Of a stretch of DNA of 39,861 nt, positions 1 to 12,595 are shown piece after piece. Positions within the stretch are counted from its first letter, which is position 1, and every line of letters begins with the position of its first letter. The notes under the pieces were generated by a model. The model saw only the letters and a program-made list of their open reading frames with translations. It did no database searches and was not told the DNA's origin. The DNA comes from Macrostomum lignano. Its lineage: Eukaryota. The stretch is taken from the NCBI GenBank assembly GCA_002269645.1, contig NIVC01001495.1, positions 1-39,861 of the forward strand. The letters run 5' to 3'. A program made the translations under genes and the position numbers.

Positions 1-840
1 AAAGGTGAGATTCAAAAGGTGAGGTCACATAGGTGAGATTCATAGAGGTGAGATTCAGAAAGGTGAGGTTCACATAGGTGAGATTCATAGAGGTGAGATT
101 CAGAAAGGTGAGTTCACATAGGTGAGATTCAGAGGTGAGATTCATAGAGGTGAGATTCACATAGGTGAGATTCATGAGTGAGATTCAGAAAGATGAAGTT
201 TCACATAGGTGAGATTCATAGAGGTGAGATTCAGAAAGTGAGGTTCACATAGGTGAGATTCATAGAGGTAGATTCAGAAAGGTGAGTTCACATAGGTGAG
301 ATTCATAGAGGTGAGATTCAGAAGGTGAGATTCATAGAGGTGAGATTCCTAGATGTGAGATTCATAAATGTGAGATTCAGAGAGGTGAGATTCATAGAGG
401 TGAGATTCCTAGATGTAGATCATAAGTGAGATTTCAGAGGTGAGTTTCAAAGAGGTGAGATTCATAGAGGTGAGATTCCTGGATGTGAGATTCAGAAGGT
501 GAGTTTCATAGAGGTGAGATTCATAGAGGTGAGATTCCTGGATGTGAGATTCAGAAAGGTGAGTTTCATAGAGGTGAGATTCATAGAGGTGAGATTCATA
601 GAGGTGAGATTCATAGAGGTGAGATTCATAGAGGTGAGGTTCATAGAGGTGAGGTTCATAGAGGTGAGAATTCATATAGGTGAGTTTCATAGAGGTGAGA
701 TTCATAGAGGTGAGATTCATAGAGGTGAGGTTCATAGAGGTGAGAATTCATATAGGTGAGATTCATAGAGGTGAGATTTATAGAGGTTAGATCCAAAAAG
801 GTGAGATCCATAGAGGTGAGATCCATAGAGGTGAGATTCA
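1..840. repeat. Minisatellite, ~15-bp unit GAGGTGAGATTCATA with length variants, roughly 55 copies, runs off window start
   Basis: Tandem AGGTGAGATTCATAG units directly visible; ORFs 409..735 and 499..759 are translations of the repeat. Confidence 0.97.
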
Positions 841-1853
841 ATGTGATGTCGGAGATGAGATGGGCACAGGTGAGCCTAGAGATGCAGTGACAATATGCTA
901 GAAGCTGGCAGCAAGATAAGATAAAAATGAGGCAATGGGCGAAGGCCAAAGGTGCACCGCAACTCAATGAGTTATCAGTGTAGAAAATCTTCAATAGGCG
1001 ACCCTGCGACGAGCTGCATTGGGTTGCACAATGGGCCTCTACTCGGTGGGGGGGGGGGAGATTTGCGAGCATAGATAAGACTAGATCTGGGTGGGGCCTG
1101 AATGGCCACGGCTCCCCATTTATCTCGCATGGCAAACACTCCAAATCCGGCTGTTGGTTTAAAAACCCAAATCGAAATGAGGATGAAGTTGCGCTGCCCC
1201 GACGGAGGCTGCGGCCGAGGCGGCTGCGGCGGCGGCGGCGGCTCCCATTTTCTCCCCTCTTTGTCCGCGCCCGTGTTTGCCTTCTGCCTGCCGTCCGCGG
1301 GATCGAACTCCCACTTGTGCCCGCGTCCCCGTCCTCCCAGTCCCGCATTGTTGCGGCCGGTGAGCTCCTCGATTGCTCCGGGTGGGATTTTTTGAGCGAA
1401 AAAAGTCGGACGTAAGGGGAAAATGACAGGCGGCCGGTGGGGGGCTGCAGTTGCCGGGCGCTGAGTCAATCTTCGGGATTTATTTCCCCATAGATCTTGA
1501 GACTTAGGCGGCAGAACAATCCGGGTATCCAGGTGAGTGGCCTGAGAAGTCTGTGAGACAATTCTGAGCAATCCTGCCGCTGAAGAGGACTCCAGCGGCT
1601 TTGGAAACTGTAAAACATCGAGCTAGAAGCCGCTTCTGACTCTTGATGGTTTTTTTCTGATTTTCAGAAAATCTTCTTTGTTTTGCGCTCGATGGAGGGG
1701 ATTCGAGCCGACGGAAGCGCCCCACACGAACTGGATGGGAGCCCATTGAATGCTCCTAGCAACCATTGATTCTCCTAGCAACCATTGATTGAGACTTGAA
1801 GAGAAACTTTGGCTTAGTCTCAACTCAGGTTGAGCCTTGCTGATCATCTTGCA

Positions 1854-4800
1854 GTTTAAGCCTCTCAGATCTAGAGGGTCTATAGTTTAGTCTCTCAGAT
1901 CTAGAGGGTCTATAGTTTAGTCTCTCAGATCTAGAGGGTCTATAGTTTAGTCTCTCAGATCTAGAGGGTCTAAAGTTTATTTTCTCAGATCTAGAGGGTC
2001 TATAGTTTAGTCTCTCAGATCTAGAGGTCTATAGTTTAGTCTCTCAGATCTAGAGGGTCTATAGTTTAGTCTCTCAGATCTAGAGGGTCTATAGTTTAGT
2101 CTCTCAGATCTAGAGGGTCTATAGTTTAGTCTCTCAGATCTAGAGGGTCTATAGTTTAGTCTCTCAGATCTAGAGGGTCTATAGTTTATTCTCTCAGATC
2201 TAGAGGGTCTAAAGTTTATTTTCTCAGATCTAGAGGGTCTATAGTTTAGTCTCTCAGATCTAGAGGGTCTATAGTTTAGTCTCTCAGATCTAGAGGGTCT
2301 ATAGTTTAGTCTCTCAGATCTAGAGGGTCTATTTATTTTCTCAGATCTAGAGGGTCTATAGTTTAGTCTCTCAGATCTAGAGGGTCTATAGTTTAGTCTC
2401 TCAGATCTAGAGGGTCTAAGTTTATTTTCTCAGATCTAGAGGGTCTATAGTTTAGTCTCTCAGATCTAGAGGGTCTATAGTTTAGTCTCTCAGATCTAGA
2501 GGGTCTATAGTTTAGTCTCTCAGATCTAGAGGGTCTATAGTTTAGTCTCAGATCTAGAGGGTCTATAGTTTAGTCTCTCAGATCTAGAGGGTCTATAGTT
2601 TAGTCTCTCAGATCTAGAGGGTCTATAGTTTAGTCTCTCAGATCTAGAGGGTCTATAGTTTATTCTCTCAGATCTAGAGGGTCTATAGTTTAGTCTCTCA
2701 GATCTAGAGGGTCTATAGTTTATTCTCTCAGATCTAGAGGGTCTAAAGTTTATTTTCTCAGATCTAGAGGTCTATAGTTTAGTCTCTCAGATCTAGAGGG
2801 TCTATAGTTTAGTCTCTCAGATCTAGAGGGTCTAAAGTTTATTTTCTCAGATCTAGAGGGTCTATAGTTTAGTCTCTCAGATCTAGAGGGTCTATAGTTT
2901 AGTCTCTCAGATCTAGAGGGTCTAAAGTTTATTTTCTCAGATCTAGAGGGTCTATAGTTTAGTCTCTCAGATCTAGAGGGTCTATAGTTTAGTCTCTCAG
3001 ATCTAGAGGGTCTATAGTTTAGTCTCTCAGATCTAGAGGGTCTATAGTTTAGTCTCTCAGATCTAGAGGGTCTATAGTTTAGTCTCTCAGATCTAGAGGG
3101 TCTATAGTTTAGTCTCTCAGATCTAGAGGGTCTATAGTTTAGTCTCTCAGATCTAGAGGGTCTATAGTTTAGTCTCTCAGATCTAGAGGGTCTATAGTTT
3201 AGTCTCTCAGATCTAGAGGGTCTATAGTTTAGTCTCTCAGATCTAGAGGGTCTAAAGTTTATTTCTCAGATCTAGAGGGTCTATAGTTTAGACTCTCAGA
3301 TCTAGAGGGTCTATAGTTTAGTCTCTCAGATCTAGAGGGTCTAAAGTTTATTTTCTCAGATCTAGAGGGTCTATAGTTTAGTCTCTCAGATCTAGAGGGT
3401 CTATAGTTTAGTCTCTCAGATCTAGAGGGTCTATAGTTTAGTCTCTCAGATCTAGAGGGTCTATAGTTTAGTCTCTCAGATCTAGAGGGTCTATAGTTTA
3501 GTCTCTCAGATCTAGAGGGTCTATAGTTTAGTCTCTCAGATCTAGAGGGTCTATAGTTTAGTCTCTCAGATCTAGAGGGTCTATAGTTTAGTCTCTCAGA
3601 TCTAGAGGGTCTATAGTTTAGTCTCTCAGATCTAGAGGGTCTAAAGTTTATTTTCTCTCAGATCTAGAGGTCTATAGTTTAGTCTCTCAGATCTAGAGGG
3701 TCTATAGTTTAGTCTCTCAGATCTAGAGGGTCTATAGTTTAGTCTCTCAGATCTAGAGGGTCTATAGTTTATTCTCTCAGATCTAGAGGTCTATAGTTTA
3801 GTCTCTCAGATCTAGAGGGTCTATAGTTTAGTCTCTCAGATCTAGAGGGTCTATAGTTTAGTCTCTCAGATCTAGAGGGTCGATAGTTTAGTCTCTCAGA
3901 TCTAGAGGGTCTATAGTTTAGTCTCTCAGATCTAGAGGGTCTATAGTTTAGTCTCTCAGATCTAGAGGGTCTATAGTTTAGTCTCTCAGATCTAGAGGGT
4001 CTATAGTTTAGTCTCTCAGATCTAGAGGGTCTATAGTTTAGTCTCTCAGATCTAGAGGGTCTATAGTTTAGTCTCTCAGATCTATAGAGAGAGATAGTTT
4101 ATTTTCTCAGATCTAGAGGGTCTATAGTTTAGTCTCTCAGATCTAGAGGGTCTATAGTTTAGTCTCTCAGATCTAGAGGGTCTATAGTTTAGTCTCTCAG
4201 ATCTAGAGGGTCTATAGTTTAGCTCTCAGATCTAGAGGGTCTATAGTTTAGTCTCTCAGATCTAGAGGGTCTATAGTTTAGTCTCTCAGATCTATAGAGG
4301 GTCTATAGTTTAGCTCTCAGATCTAGAGGGTCTATAGTTTAGTCTCTCAGATCTAGAGGGTCTATAGTTTAGTCTCTCAGATCTAGAGGGTCTATAGTTT
4401 AGTCTCTCAGATCTAGAGGGTCTATAGTTTAGTCTCTCAGATCTAGAGGGTCTATAGTTTAGTCTCTCAGATCTAGAGGGTCTATAGTTTAGTCTCTCAG
4501 ATCTAGAGGGTCTATAGTTTAGTCTCTCAGATCTAGAGGGTCTATAGTTTAGTCTCTCAGATCTAGAGGGTCTATAGTTTAGTCTCTCAGATCTAGAGGG
4601 TCTATAGTTTAGTCTCTCAGATCTAGAGGGTCTATAGTTTAGTTCTCAGATCTAGAGGGTCTATAGTTTAGTCTCTCAGATCTAGAGAGTCTAAGAGGTA
4701 TAGTTTAGTCTCTCAGATCTAGAGGGTCTATAGTTTAGTCTCTCAGATCTAGAGGGTCTATAGTTTAGTCTCTCAGATCTAGAGGGTCTATAGTTTAGTC

Positions 4801-6378
4801 TCTCAGATCTAGAGGGTCTATAGTTTAGTCTCTCAGATCTAGAGGGTCTATAGTTTAGTCTCTCAGATCTAGAGGGTCTATAGTTTAGTCTCTCAGATCT
4901 AGAGGGTCTATAGTTTAGTCTCTCAGATCTAGAGGGTCTATAGTTTAGTCTCTCAGATCTAGAGGGTCTATAGTTTAGTCTCTCAGATCTAGAGGGTCTA
5001 TAGTTTAGTCTCTCAGATCTAGAGGGTCTATAGTTTAGTCTCTCAGATCTAGAGGGTCTATAGTTTAGTCTCTCAGATCTAGAGGGTCTATAGTTTAGTC
5101 TCTCAGATCTAGAGGGTCTATAGTTTAGTCTCTCAGATCTAGAGGGTCTATAGTTTAGTCTCTCAGATCTAGAGGGTCTATAGTTTAGTCTCTCAGATCT
5201 AGAGGGTCTATAGTTTAGTCTCTCAGATCTAGAGGGTCTATAGTTTAGTCTCTCAGATCTAGAGGGTCTATAGTTTAGTCTCTCAGATCTAGAGGGTCTA
5301 TAGTTTAGTCTCTCAGATCTAGAGGGTCTATAGTTTAGTCTCTCAGATCTAGAGGGTCTATAGTTTAGTCTCTCAGATCTAGAGGGTCTATAGTTTAGTC
5401 TCTCAGATCTAGAGGGTCTATAGTTTAGTCTCTCAGATCTAGAGGGTCTATAGTTTAGTCTCTCAGATCTAGAGGGTCTATAGTTTAGTCTCTCAGATCT
5501 AGAGGGTCTATAGTTTAGTCTCTCAGATCTAGAGGGTCTATAGTTTAGTCTCTCAGATCTAGAGGGTCTATAGTTTAGTCTCTCAGATCTAGAGGGTCTA
5601 TAGTTTAGTCTCTCAGATCTAGAGGGTCTATAGTTTAGTCTCTCAGATCTAGAGGGTCTATAGTTTAGTCTCTCAGATCTAGAGGGTCTATAGTTTAGTC
5701 TCTCAGATCTAGAGGGTCTATAGTTTAGTCTCTCAGATCTAGAGGGTCTATAGTTTAGTCTCTCAGATCTAGAGGGTCTATAGTTTAGTCTCTCAGATCT
5801 AGAGGGTCTATAGTTTAGTCTCTCAGATCTAGAGGGTCTATAGTTTAGTCTCTCAGATCTAGAGGGTCTATAGTTTAGTCTCTCAGATCTAGAGGGTCTA
5901 TAGTTTAGTCTCTCAGATCTAGAGGGTCTATAGTTTAGTCTCTCAGATCTAGAGGGTCTATAGTTTAGTCTCTCAGATCTAGAGGGTCTATAGTTTAGTC
6001 TCTCAGATCTAGAGGGTCTATAGTTTAGTCTCTCAGATCTAGAGGGTCTATAGTTTAGTCTCTCAGATCTAGAGGGTCTATAGTTTAGTCTCTCAGATCT
6101 AGAGGGTCTATAGTTTAGTTCTCAGATCTAGAGGGTCTATAGTTTAGTCTCTCAGATCTAGAGGGTCTATAGTTTAGTCTCTCAGATCTAGAGGGTCTAT
6201 AGTTTAGTCTCTCAGATCTAGAGGGTCTATAGTTTAGTCTCTCAGATCTAGAGGGTCTATAGTTTAGTCTCTCAGATCTAGAGGGTCTATAGTTTAGTCT
6301 CTCAGATCTAGAGGGTCTATAGTTTAGTCTCTCAGATCTAGAGGGTCTATAGTTTAGTCTCTCAGATCTAGAGGGTCT
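1854..6378. repeat. Satellite array, 30-bp unit TCTCTCAGATCTAGAGGGTCTATAGTTTAG, ~150 copies, inside the putative T-box intron
   Basis: Period-30 tandem repeat directly visible; variant unit (TAAAGTTTATTT) confined to the left part. Confidence 0.99.
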
Positions 6379-6515
6379 TATGCTATATACGCTCGTATCA
6401 GACTCATGGCTCAATTTATGCTGACTCGGACTCAATAAATTCCCCCTATAGGGCCAGCCTCAATAGCCACTTCACACAAACCTGACAATATCCACGACAT
6501 CCCCACAGGCCTCAC

Positions 6516-6861
6516 CTGCCAGACTTGGTGATGACCATCTCGGTGCCCAGCTCGTAGAACTGTCTCCACAGCGGTAGCTCCGCCAGCTCCACCTCCGGGT
6601 TGTCCTTTTTCCTCGTGGCCTTCTCCTCGTCCCGGATCTGCTGCAGGTACTGCGGAGTGACGCTGGGCGGCAGCGGAAACTGGCCGCCCATGTGCTGGTA
6701 GGCCTGCAGCAGCGGGTCCGCCGGCAGCCCCCTACCCAGCCAGCCGCCGCCGCCGCCGCCGCCGCTGCCGCCGGGGAAGCCGAAGGGCGCGGGCAGCGGG
6801 AAGCGGGAGCTCCAGAGCGGCCGGACGCTGCTGGCCGAAGGGAAATGGGGGCGTCGAACAT
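6516..6861 (-). CDS. tbx2/3: First coding exon of a TBX2/3 (optomotor-blind-like) T-box transcription factor; remaining exons not seen in window
   Basis: Translation ...KDNPEVELAELPLWRQFYELGTEMVITKSGR matches the T-box N-terminus of TBX2/3 (DDPKVTLE..LW..F..LGTEMVITKSGR). It ends at a phase-2 donor CAG|GTGAG at 6516/6515, the usual T-box intron position. ATG at 6861 joins the frame only if one base is added in the run 6847-6851 (MFDAPHFPS...). Confidence 0.88.
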
Positions 6862-9800
6862 TTGGCTTTGCTGAGCGGGGCCGAACCTGACAATTGTTTG
6901 GATGCTTGACTCGGCCCGAATTATCTGGGAGGCGCCTCATATTTGTGTCTCCGGGCCCGGCCTGCCGCTCCAATCTGGCCGCTCAGCTGGGCCCGCCACC
7001 CCCGAGCTGCAGCCGGATTGGCTGGGCTGGGCCGGGCGCCCTCATTGGTCCGCCTACCGCTGCTGCTGCTGCTCTGCTCAGAGCGAGCCCTACTCAAGTC
7101 AGGACCCACCACCCCCTCCAGCTCACCTCACCGTCTCACCCGAAAGGCGCCAATTTGGCTGCCAAGACAAGAGGGGCATTGGGGGGGGGGGTGCAGGCCA
7201 CACAGAGCAGGCAGCGGTGCAGGCCACTGCTTTGAGCTGCTCACAGCTACCAGATCATAAAAGTGTCAGTGTAATGCCAACATCATAGCGCTTGTCTCCC
7301 CTCCCCTCTATCTCTCTCACGGCTGAGACTACAATTCTTCTTCTATTCTTATCCACTTGAGTCCGACAAGAGCACTTGTCAGGCGCCTCAGTCTCAAAGA
7401 CTGGCAAAGCAAAGCAGCTCAAATTTGACCCCTGCGGCCAGACAGTCGCGCGGCCGGGTCGCACAAAATAAATTTTGGCGGCAGAGCAGGCTGCACCGGC
7501 CCCCCGGTCCCACAGTGCCGCAGGAGCGGCGGGGGGAGGCTCGCGGCCGTTTCGTTGATGAAGGAGGGGCCGCAGACCGCACCGAATCGAACGTGTAAAC
7601 CCGCGTGTTTTACAGCTTGTCAGACACTGCGGCACCGGGCCAGGGCGATGATTGAGGGGCCCCCGCCTGCCTTCTGTGGCAGCCTCGCTCTGGCGGCCCG
7701 GCGCGACCTGGCGCCGACTCGCCCCTCCCAGCCTCCGAGCCTCATTCATCCACAGCACTCACGATGGCATGGCAAGGTGTAATGGCCAGCTCGCTGACAA
7801 TATCTATAATAACAAAATTGCTGCAGTAAACCCGCCAGAGATCTTATCGCTGCGACTCTGAGCTGCAATTTCAACTGCAGGCATTTAAACAGAGAAATTT
7901 GCTCGGTCTATTCTCTCAATCCCCTCTGTTTGAACACGTGGCCAGCAAGAATAACCGGGGGCAGAAATCGCACACAAAGAAGACGCCTGAAAACCGGCAG
8001 GTTTAAAAAGACTTTGCTTGGAAGGGCAATCGCCACCCTGCAGCTTTTTACTGCCCCGATATTACTCAAATGGAGCAGGAGGGCTCAGTTGCTCAGATTG
8101 GCTGTCAGAGATCCGCCCAAAAAGTAAGGATTGGGGATTCCAAAGCAGTAAGCCGCGATTTTATGGTAGGCACGGCCTGGCAGACTCAAAAGCCGTGGAG
8201 ACAAGATTGCACCACTGATCCAGGCAGGCATAAACTGCTCAGGTGCATGGGAGCTCAGCAGGGTCGCATTGTTGATCCTCCGCGGGGCGATAAATGCCGC
8301 CCGACCCGACAACAGGCTAATCTGATAATGATTGCGCTAACAACTCGGCAACCCCCGGCGCCGAGACCGACTCGCTTGAATTGCACCGTGCTCGCGGAGA
8401 GCCGGGGCCGCATGATCTCTGAGCTACTTGTTGAACCATGCAGGCCCTGCTCTCTCAGTGCTCGCATGTGTTAACACAAGTCAAGCCCCATGCATATCAG
8501 AATTAGCACCTGTAATTCGGGTTGCGCAATCTCTTGTCAAACACCTGATAACAACAAAAACTGGCCGCGACCCCTGCCCACCCCATTATTTAGTTTGAAC
8601 GCAGGTGTCAACAGGTAAACGCCAGTGCAGCGCTATCCAAATCAATTCACACTTGAAGCCTTACTCCAGCACGGGAGGGCTCAGTGATATGAGGCCAACT
8701 GCAGCGCTCAGCATGTCGCAGGAGATACGGAGAGAGCGGTCGGACAGGAGGGCGGGTGCCGGCGCCGGCGCTGTCTGAGCGGCGGCAGCGTCGGTCCCGG
8801 CAGTCTCACACAGAAGCCGTTGGTGCGGACTGGCAATGGGCGAGAATTAGGGGGAGGGGAGAAGGGAGGGAGTTAACACGGTGGCGGACATGAAAACTCT
8901 GCGTGTCCTCTGTCACTTCTCACAGCCGTCTCACTCATAGCATAAAGCAACCCGGCACCCCAAGCCGCCGCCGCCGTCACAGACGGCGCCAGTCGCGCCA
9001 GAAATCGCCCTGGCTTGAGTCGGGGGGGGGAGGGTGAGTGCAGCGAGGGGAGGCAGTGCAATGCCAGTCTAGTGGCAAAGTCTCTCATTCATTCAGCTTT
9101 AGCGGGGGGGGTTGGGGCTTTTGAACTGGGCATACAACAGCCCGCCTGGTGACCACAGCGAGTGAGAGAGAGGTGGCGGCAGCCAGCCGTGATAAGCAGC
9201 ATTGACGCAGGTGAGAAAGTGGCGCCGATTGACAAGCTTCCAACACTGCGCCCCTCCCCCCCCCTGTCTGCCATGCAGCGGTGCCCGCACCGCACCGCGT
9301 CTGAGCTGGCGGGGTTGGGGGGGGCGGCTGCGCGGCGGCGGCGGCGGCAGTCGCAGAAGCAGAAACGAGAAGCGCAGCTGATGAGACACGGCGAGCCGCC
9401 TTGCGTGCGCCGCGGGGTGACAGCGCGGCCTCAGGGCAGCTCAGCGGCCGCCCGCCTCCTCCTCATTGCCGGCAGCCATGGGAGAATCGGAGTGGAAGGC
9501 GCGGCACCTGACGCTGTAAAACAGCGCGTGCTGCTGCCGGTGCCGCGCCGGCAAGTCTGCAGCCAGGCGAATGCGCGGCACTGGAGACACGCACTGCTCA
9601 GACAGGCGCTCGGTAGGGGCGGCAGCTCATTGCCGGGCTGTCCTCGTTGCTCAGTTTTTTGCTGAGCTGCTTTAGGGGTTTCAAATTAAATTCCAGACAG
9701 ATTAAAAACCCATCAGGACCGTCGCAATAATTGCTTCTCCTAGAAGAGAAACTGCAGGAGAAAAATCGCGGCAGACAGCTGACAGGCCCAAGTTGACGTG

Positions 9801-10114
9801 ACAGGCGCCGTTGCAGCAGCGCTGCCAATTAATTTGAAAGATTTCATTTAAAAAAGCGCTCGAAGGAGCAGCGCCAGAAAAAGGCCCCCACCCGGTCTCC
9901 AAGGCCGCCTGTCTGTTTCCGCTGCCCTGCCGTGAAAAGCTTTTCCTGCTCCAAGACTCAGCGAGCTGCGTTGACAGCTGATGGCTGCATTTGTTTTTCT
10001 CAGCATTATAAAAGTCGCTAAACATGCTCACAATACAGTACTGACAGTAGTGTGCAGAACTGCACATATGTCATGAATGAGGTTTCGGAGGTCCACTGAG
10101 ACACTTGAACAGCC

Positions 10115-10573
10115 GTGACCTCAGCACTAAATCAGTATGAGCAGCAGTGACCTCAGTACTAAATCAGTGAGCAGCAGTGACCTCAGCACCAAATCAGTGA
10201 GCAGCAGTGACCTCAGCACTAAATCAGTGAGCAGCAGTGACCTCAGCACTAAATCAGTGAGCAGCAGTGACCTCAGCACTAAATCAGTGAGCAGCAGTGA
10301 CCTCAGCACTAAATCAGTGAGCAGCAGTGACCTCAGTACTAAATCAGTGAGCAGCAGTGACCTCAGCACTAAATCAGTGAGCAGCAGTGACCTCAGCACT
10401 AAGTCAGTGAGCAGCAGTGACCTCAGCACTAAATCAGTGAGCAGCAGTGACCTCAGCACTAAACCAGTGAGCAGCAGTGACCTCAGCACTAAATCAGTGA
10501 GCAGCAGTGACCTCAGCACTAAATCAGTGAGCAGCAGTGACCTCAGCACTAAGTCAGTGAGCAGCAGTGACCT
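10115..10573. repeat. Minisatellite, 30-bp unit GCAGCAGTGACCTCAGCACTAAATCAGTGA, ~15 copies
   Basis: Direct tandem repeat; ORFs 10127..10549 and 10137..10634 are translations of it. Confidence 0.98.
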
Positions 10574-11193
10574 AAATAAATTTCACAAGCCCAGAGTTGT
10601 CACTCTTCCCGATTCCACCACGAGATGCTTCTAGCGATCATGCAGCAGAGAGTGATGGTGCCACTCTGGAGGATGATCTGTGTTGGACTAAGTTGCAATG
10701 ATTTATTTATTCTGAACACATCAAGTTAATAAAGCATTAGGTAAAAGCATATTTTGATTACAACGTAACAATCAGTCGGGTACTGAACCAAAGCTGATAA
10801 ACCTATTGTCTCAAACAGATTTATTTACTCGTAGTAGAAATTGAAATCGGAATGTCTATAGATAAAATTATTATTAAAAAGCATAATATGGCTTAGCACA
10901 CAGCCAACATGCACATATAGAGGTTAAAATGGGAAATACAGATATATACACGGAATGGATATATCAAATTTTAGATGCATACTACTTACAGCCTCAGTAG
11001 TGTATTTGCTAGTAAGACATGTAGGATTCCAATCAACTGATTATAAGAAAAGAATCGCGATCGAACGAACAGAAGTCGCGCAGAGCACAGCATCAGCGCT
11101 AGCGGATGCTGAGGATGTAAAGAGAAGGCAGTCAAGAAGCAGCAATTTATAAAAAAGCAGAGTTGTTCCAAGCTAAGGCTGGCTGCCCGGCAG

Positions 11194-11286
11194 TCAAATT
11201 CCCGACGCAAAGAGGCGCAGCAGGCAGCTCGCCGCGGTCAGCAGCGCCACTCGGCTGAAGGCGGGCCCGACCGATTGGCCAGAGAG
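11194..11286 (-). CDS. crok: Ly6/uPAR (crooked-like) gene, exon 3: GPI-anchor signal and stop
   Basis: Acceptor TCGCAG|CTC; translates LSGQSVGPAFSRVALLTAASCLLRLFASGI*, i.e. small omega-site residues followed by a hydrophobic tail. Confidence 0.8.
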   Translation of the reverse strand, partial: LSGQSVGPAFSRVALLTAASCLLRLFASGI

Positions 11287-11337
11287 CTGCGATGGAGAGC
11301 GGATTGAATAATTCATAAATCTGCTACTCAATCCCGA

Positions 11338-11485
11338 CTGATGTTCACGCATTCACTATTGATGTTCACGCATTCACTACTGGTGTTCACGCATTCACTA
11401 CTGGTGTTCACGCATTCACTACTTGTGTTCACGCATTCACTACTGGTGTTTACACATTCACTGCTGATGTTCACGCATTCACTGC
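11338..11485. repeat. Intronic minisatellite, 21-bp unit TG(A/G)TGTTCACGCATTCACTAC, ~7 copies
   Basis: Direct tandem repeat inside intron 11287-11527. Confidence 0.95.
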
Positions 11486-11527
11486 AGTAACTACTAGCGC
11501 ACTGAAATGCGTAGCCCAGCCCCTCAC

Positions 11528-11828
11528 CGTGACATAGTAGTTGCAGAGGTCACCCCGCAGCACTCTACGCAGCTCCAGTCGGTGAACCAGTCGTAGGTGC
11601 AGGACCGCTGGGTGATGTCCCGCTGCTTGATGCAGGCGGAATAGCTGACGCAGCCCTTGCTGATGTAGTGCTTCCGCTCGGCCAGCGGTGTCCAGTAGCT
11701 GGTAGGGGTTGTGTAGTGCACGTGCGAGATGCAGGCGTCCTCATCCGGGGTGCAGGGGGTGCTCAGCCGGACGCAGGCGTCGCCATTGCCCTCAATGTTG
11801 CGGCATTCGTAGCACTTGATGGCGTCGG
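11528..11828 (-). CDS. crok: Ly6/uPAR three-finger domain exon (crooked-like), exon 2
   Basis: Acceptor CTCAG|, donor |GTGAG; translates DAIKCYECRNIEGNGDACVRLSTPCTPDEDACISHVHYTTPTSYWTPLAERKHYISKGCVSYSACIKQRDITQRSCTYDWFTDWSCVECC(G)GDLCNYYVT. Cys pattern and W.C.ECC.GD.CNY motif match the crok family as recalled. One base is missing at the run 11553-11556. Confidence 0.88.
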
Positions 11829-12595
11829 CTGAGGTTTAAGTGGAGCGATGGCGGCCACGTGAGTACAGGGCTTTGGCTCTAAGTAAACTTTAGAGCATTG
11901 AATATCGTTAGCAATGGTACTTGTAGTATATTGTATAGTACTGAGAACACAGAGCAAAGAAGTTCACCTTGTTAGAGACAAATGAAGTAAGTTTGGGATT
12001 ATCTAGGTTGAAGGACTTTAATATAGGCAACAAGGATCAAGATTAAGATTAAGGCCATGATTAAAGTCTATGTAGTTACTATTTAGAGTTGGAGGGAAAA
12101 ATAAGACAGCCTTCTATTTGAAATCCAGGCTATGATATTTGTTATGGGCCTGAGAAACTAGACAAAGGTTTTGAATAAAAAACTATAAACAACTAGCATA
12201 TAGTTTTATTCTGAACTTTTTATATAAATCAAATTTAAAGCAATATTTTAAATCTAAAATTCTAAGAAAGACAGTCAAATGATAATTAAAAAGACAAAAG
12301 CATCTTTTTTATTCTTCATAAATTATTTAAATTTTCAATGCACTTAGCATTTAAATGTTTTTTATAGTTTGTTCCATGCTCAGGAAGATATTTTTAATGG
12401 CAAAAAATTAGAGTGTACAAACAATAGTTATGCACTAATTAATACATATGGGGCATAGCAAAAGCATAACAGAAATTTTAGCACATAGTAATACATAGCA
12501 AATGCTAAAAAAAACTTTTAGCTCACAATGAATTACCTAAAACATGTCATCTACATGTGTATGCATAAAATGTGTTTTTTGATTTAATTGATATA

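Noticed and set aside
409-759. ORFs with periodic peptides (NLTSM, IEVRF); likewise 6115..6435, 10127..10634 and 24934..25200
   Set aside because: Pure translations of tandem repeats lacking stop codons.
656-1846. Candidate second T-box exon in ORFs 656..1348, 975..1571 and 1504..1746
   Set aside because: No RMFP...V..LDP..KY motif; the only ATGTTT with an upstream AG (~1615) translates to unrelated sequence.
1854-6378. CRISPR-like appearance of ~30-bp partly palindromic repeats (also 10115-10573 and 27613-28437)
   Set aside because: Units are head-to-tail with no unique spacers, there are no cas genes, and the context is eukaryotic.
6692-9830. Numerous short GC-rich ORFs upstream of the T-box exon
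   Set aside because: Ala/Arg/Pro/Gly-rich products expected by chance in GC-rich DNA; overlapping on both strands with no domains.
11990-12060. MALILILILVAY as a closer signal-peptide exon for the Ly6 gene
   Set aside because: Runs into a stop with no phase-1 donor; the exon at 17228-17291 fits phase and donor consensus.
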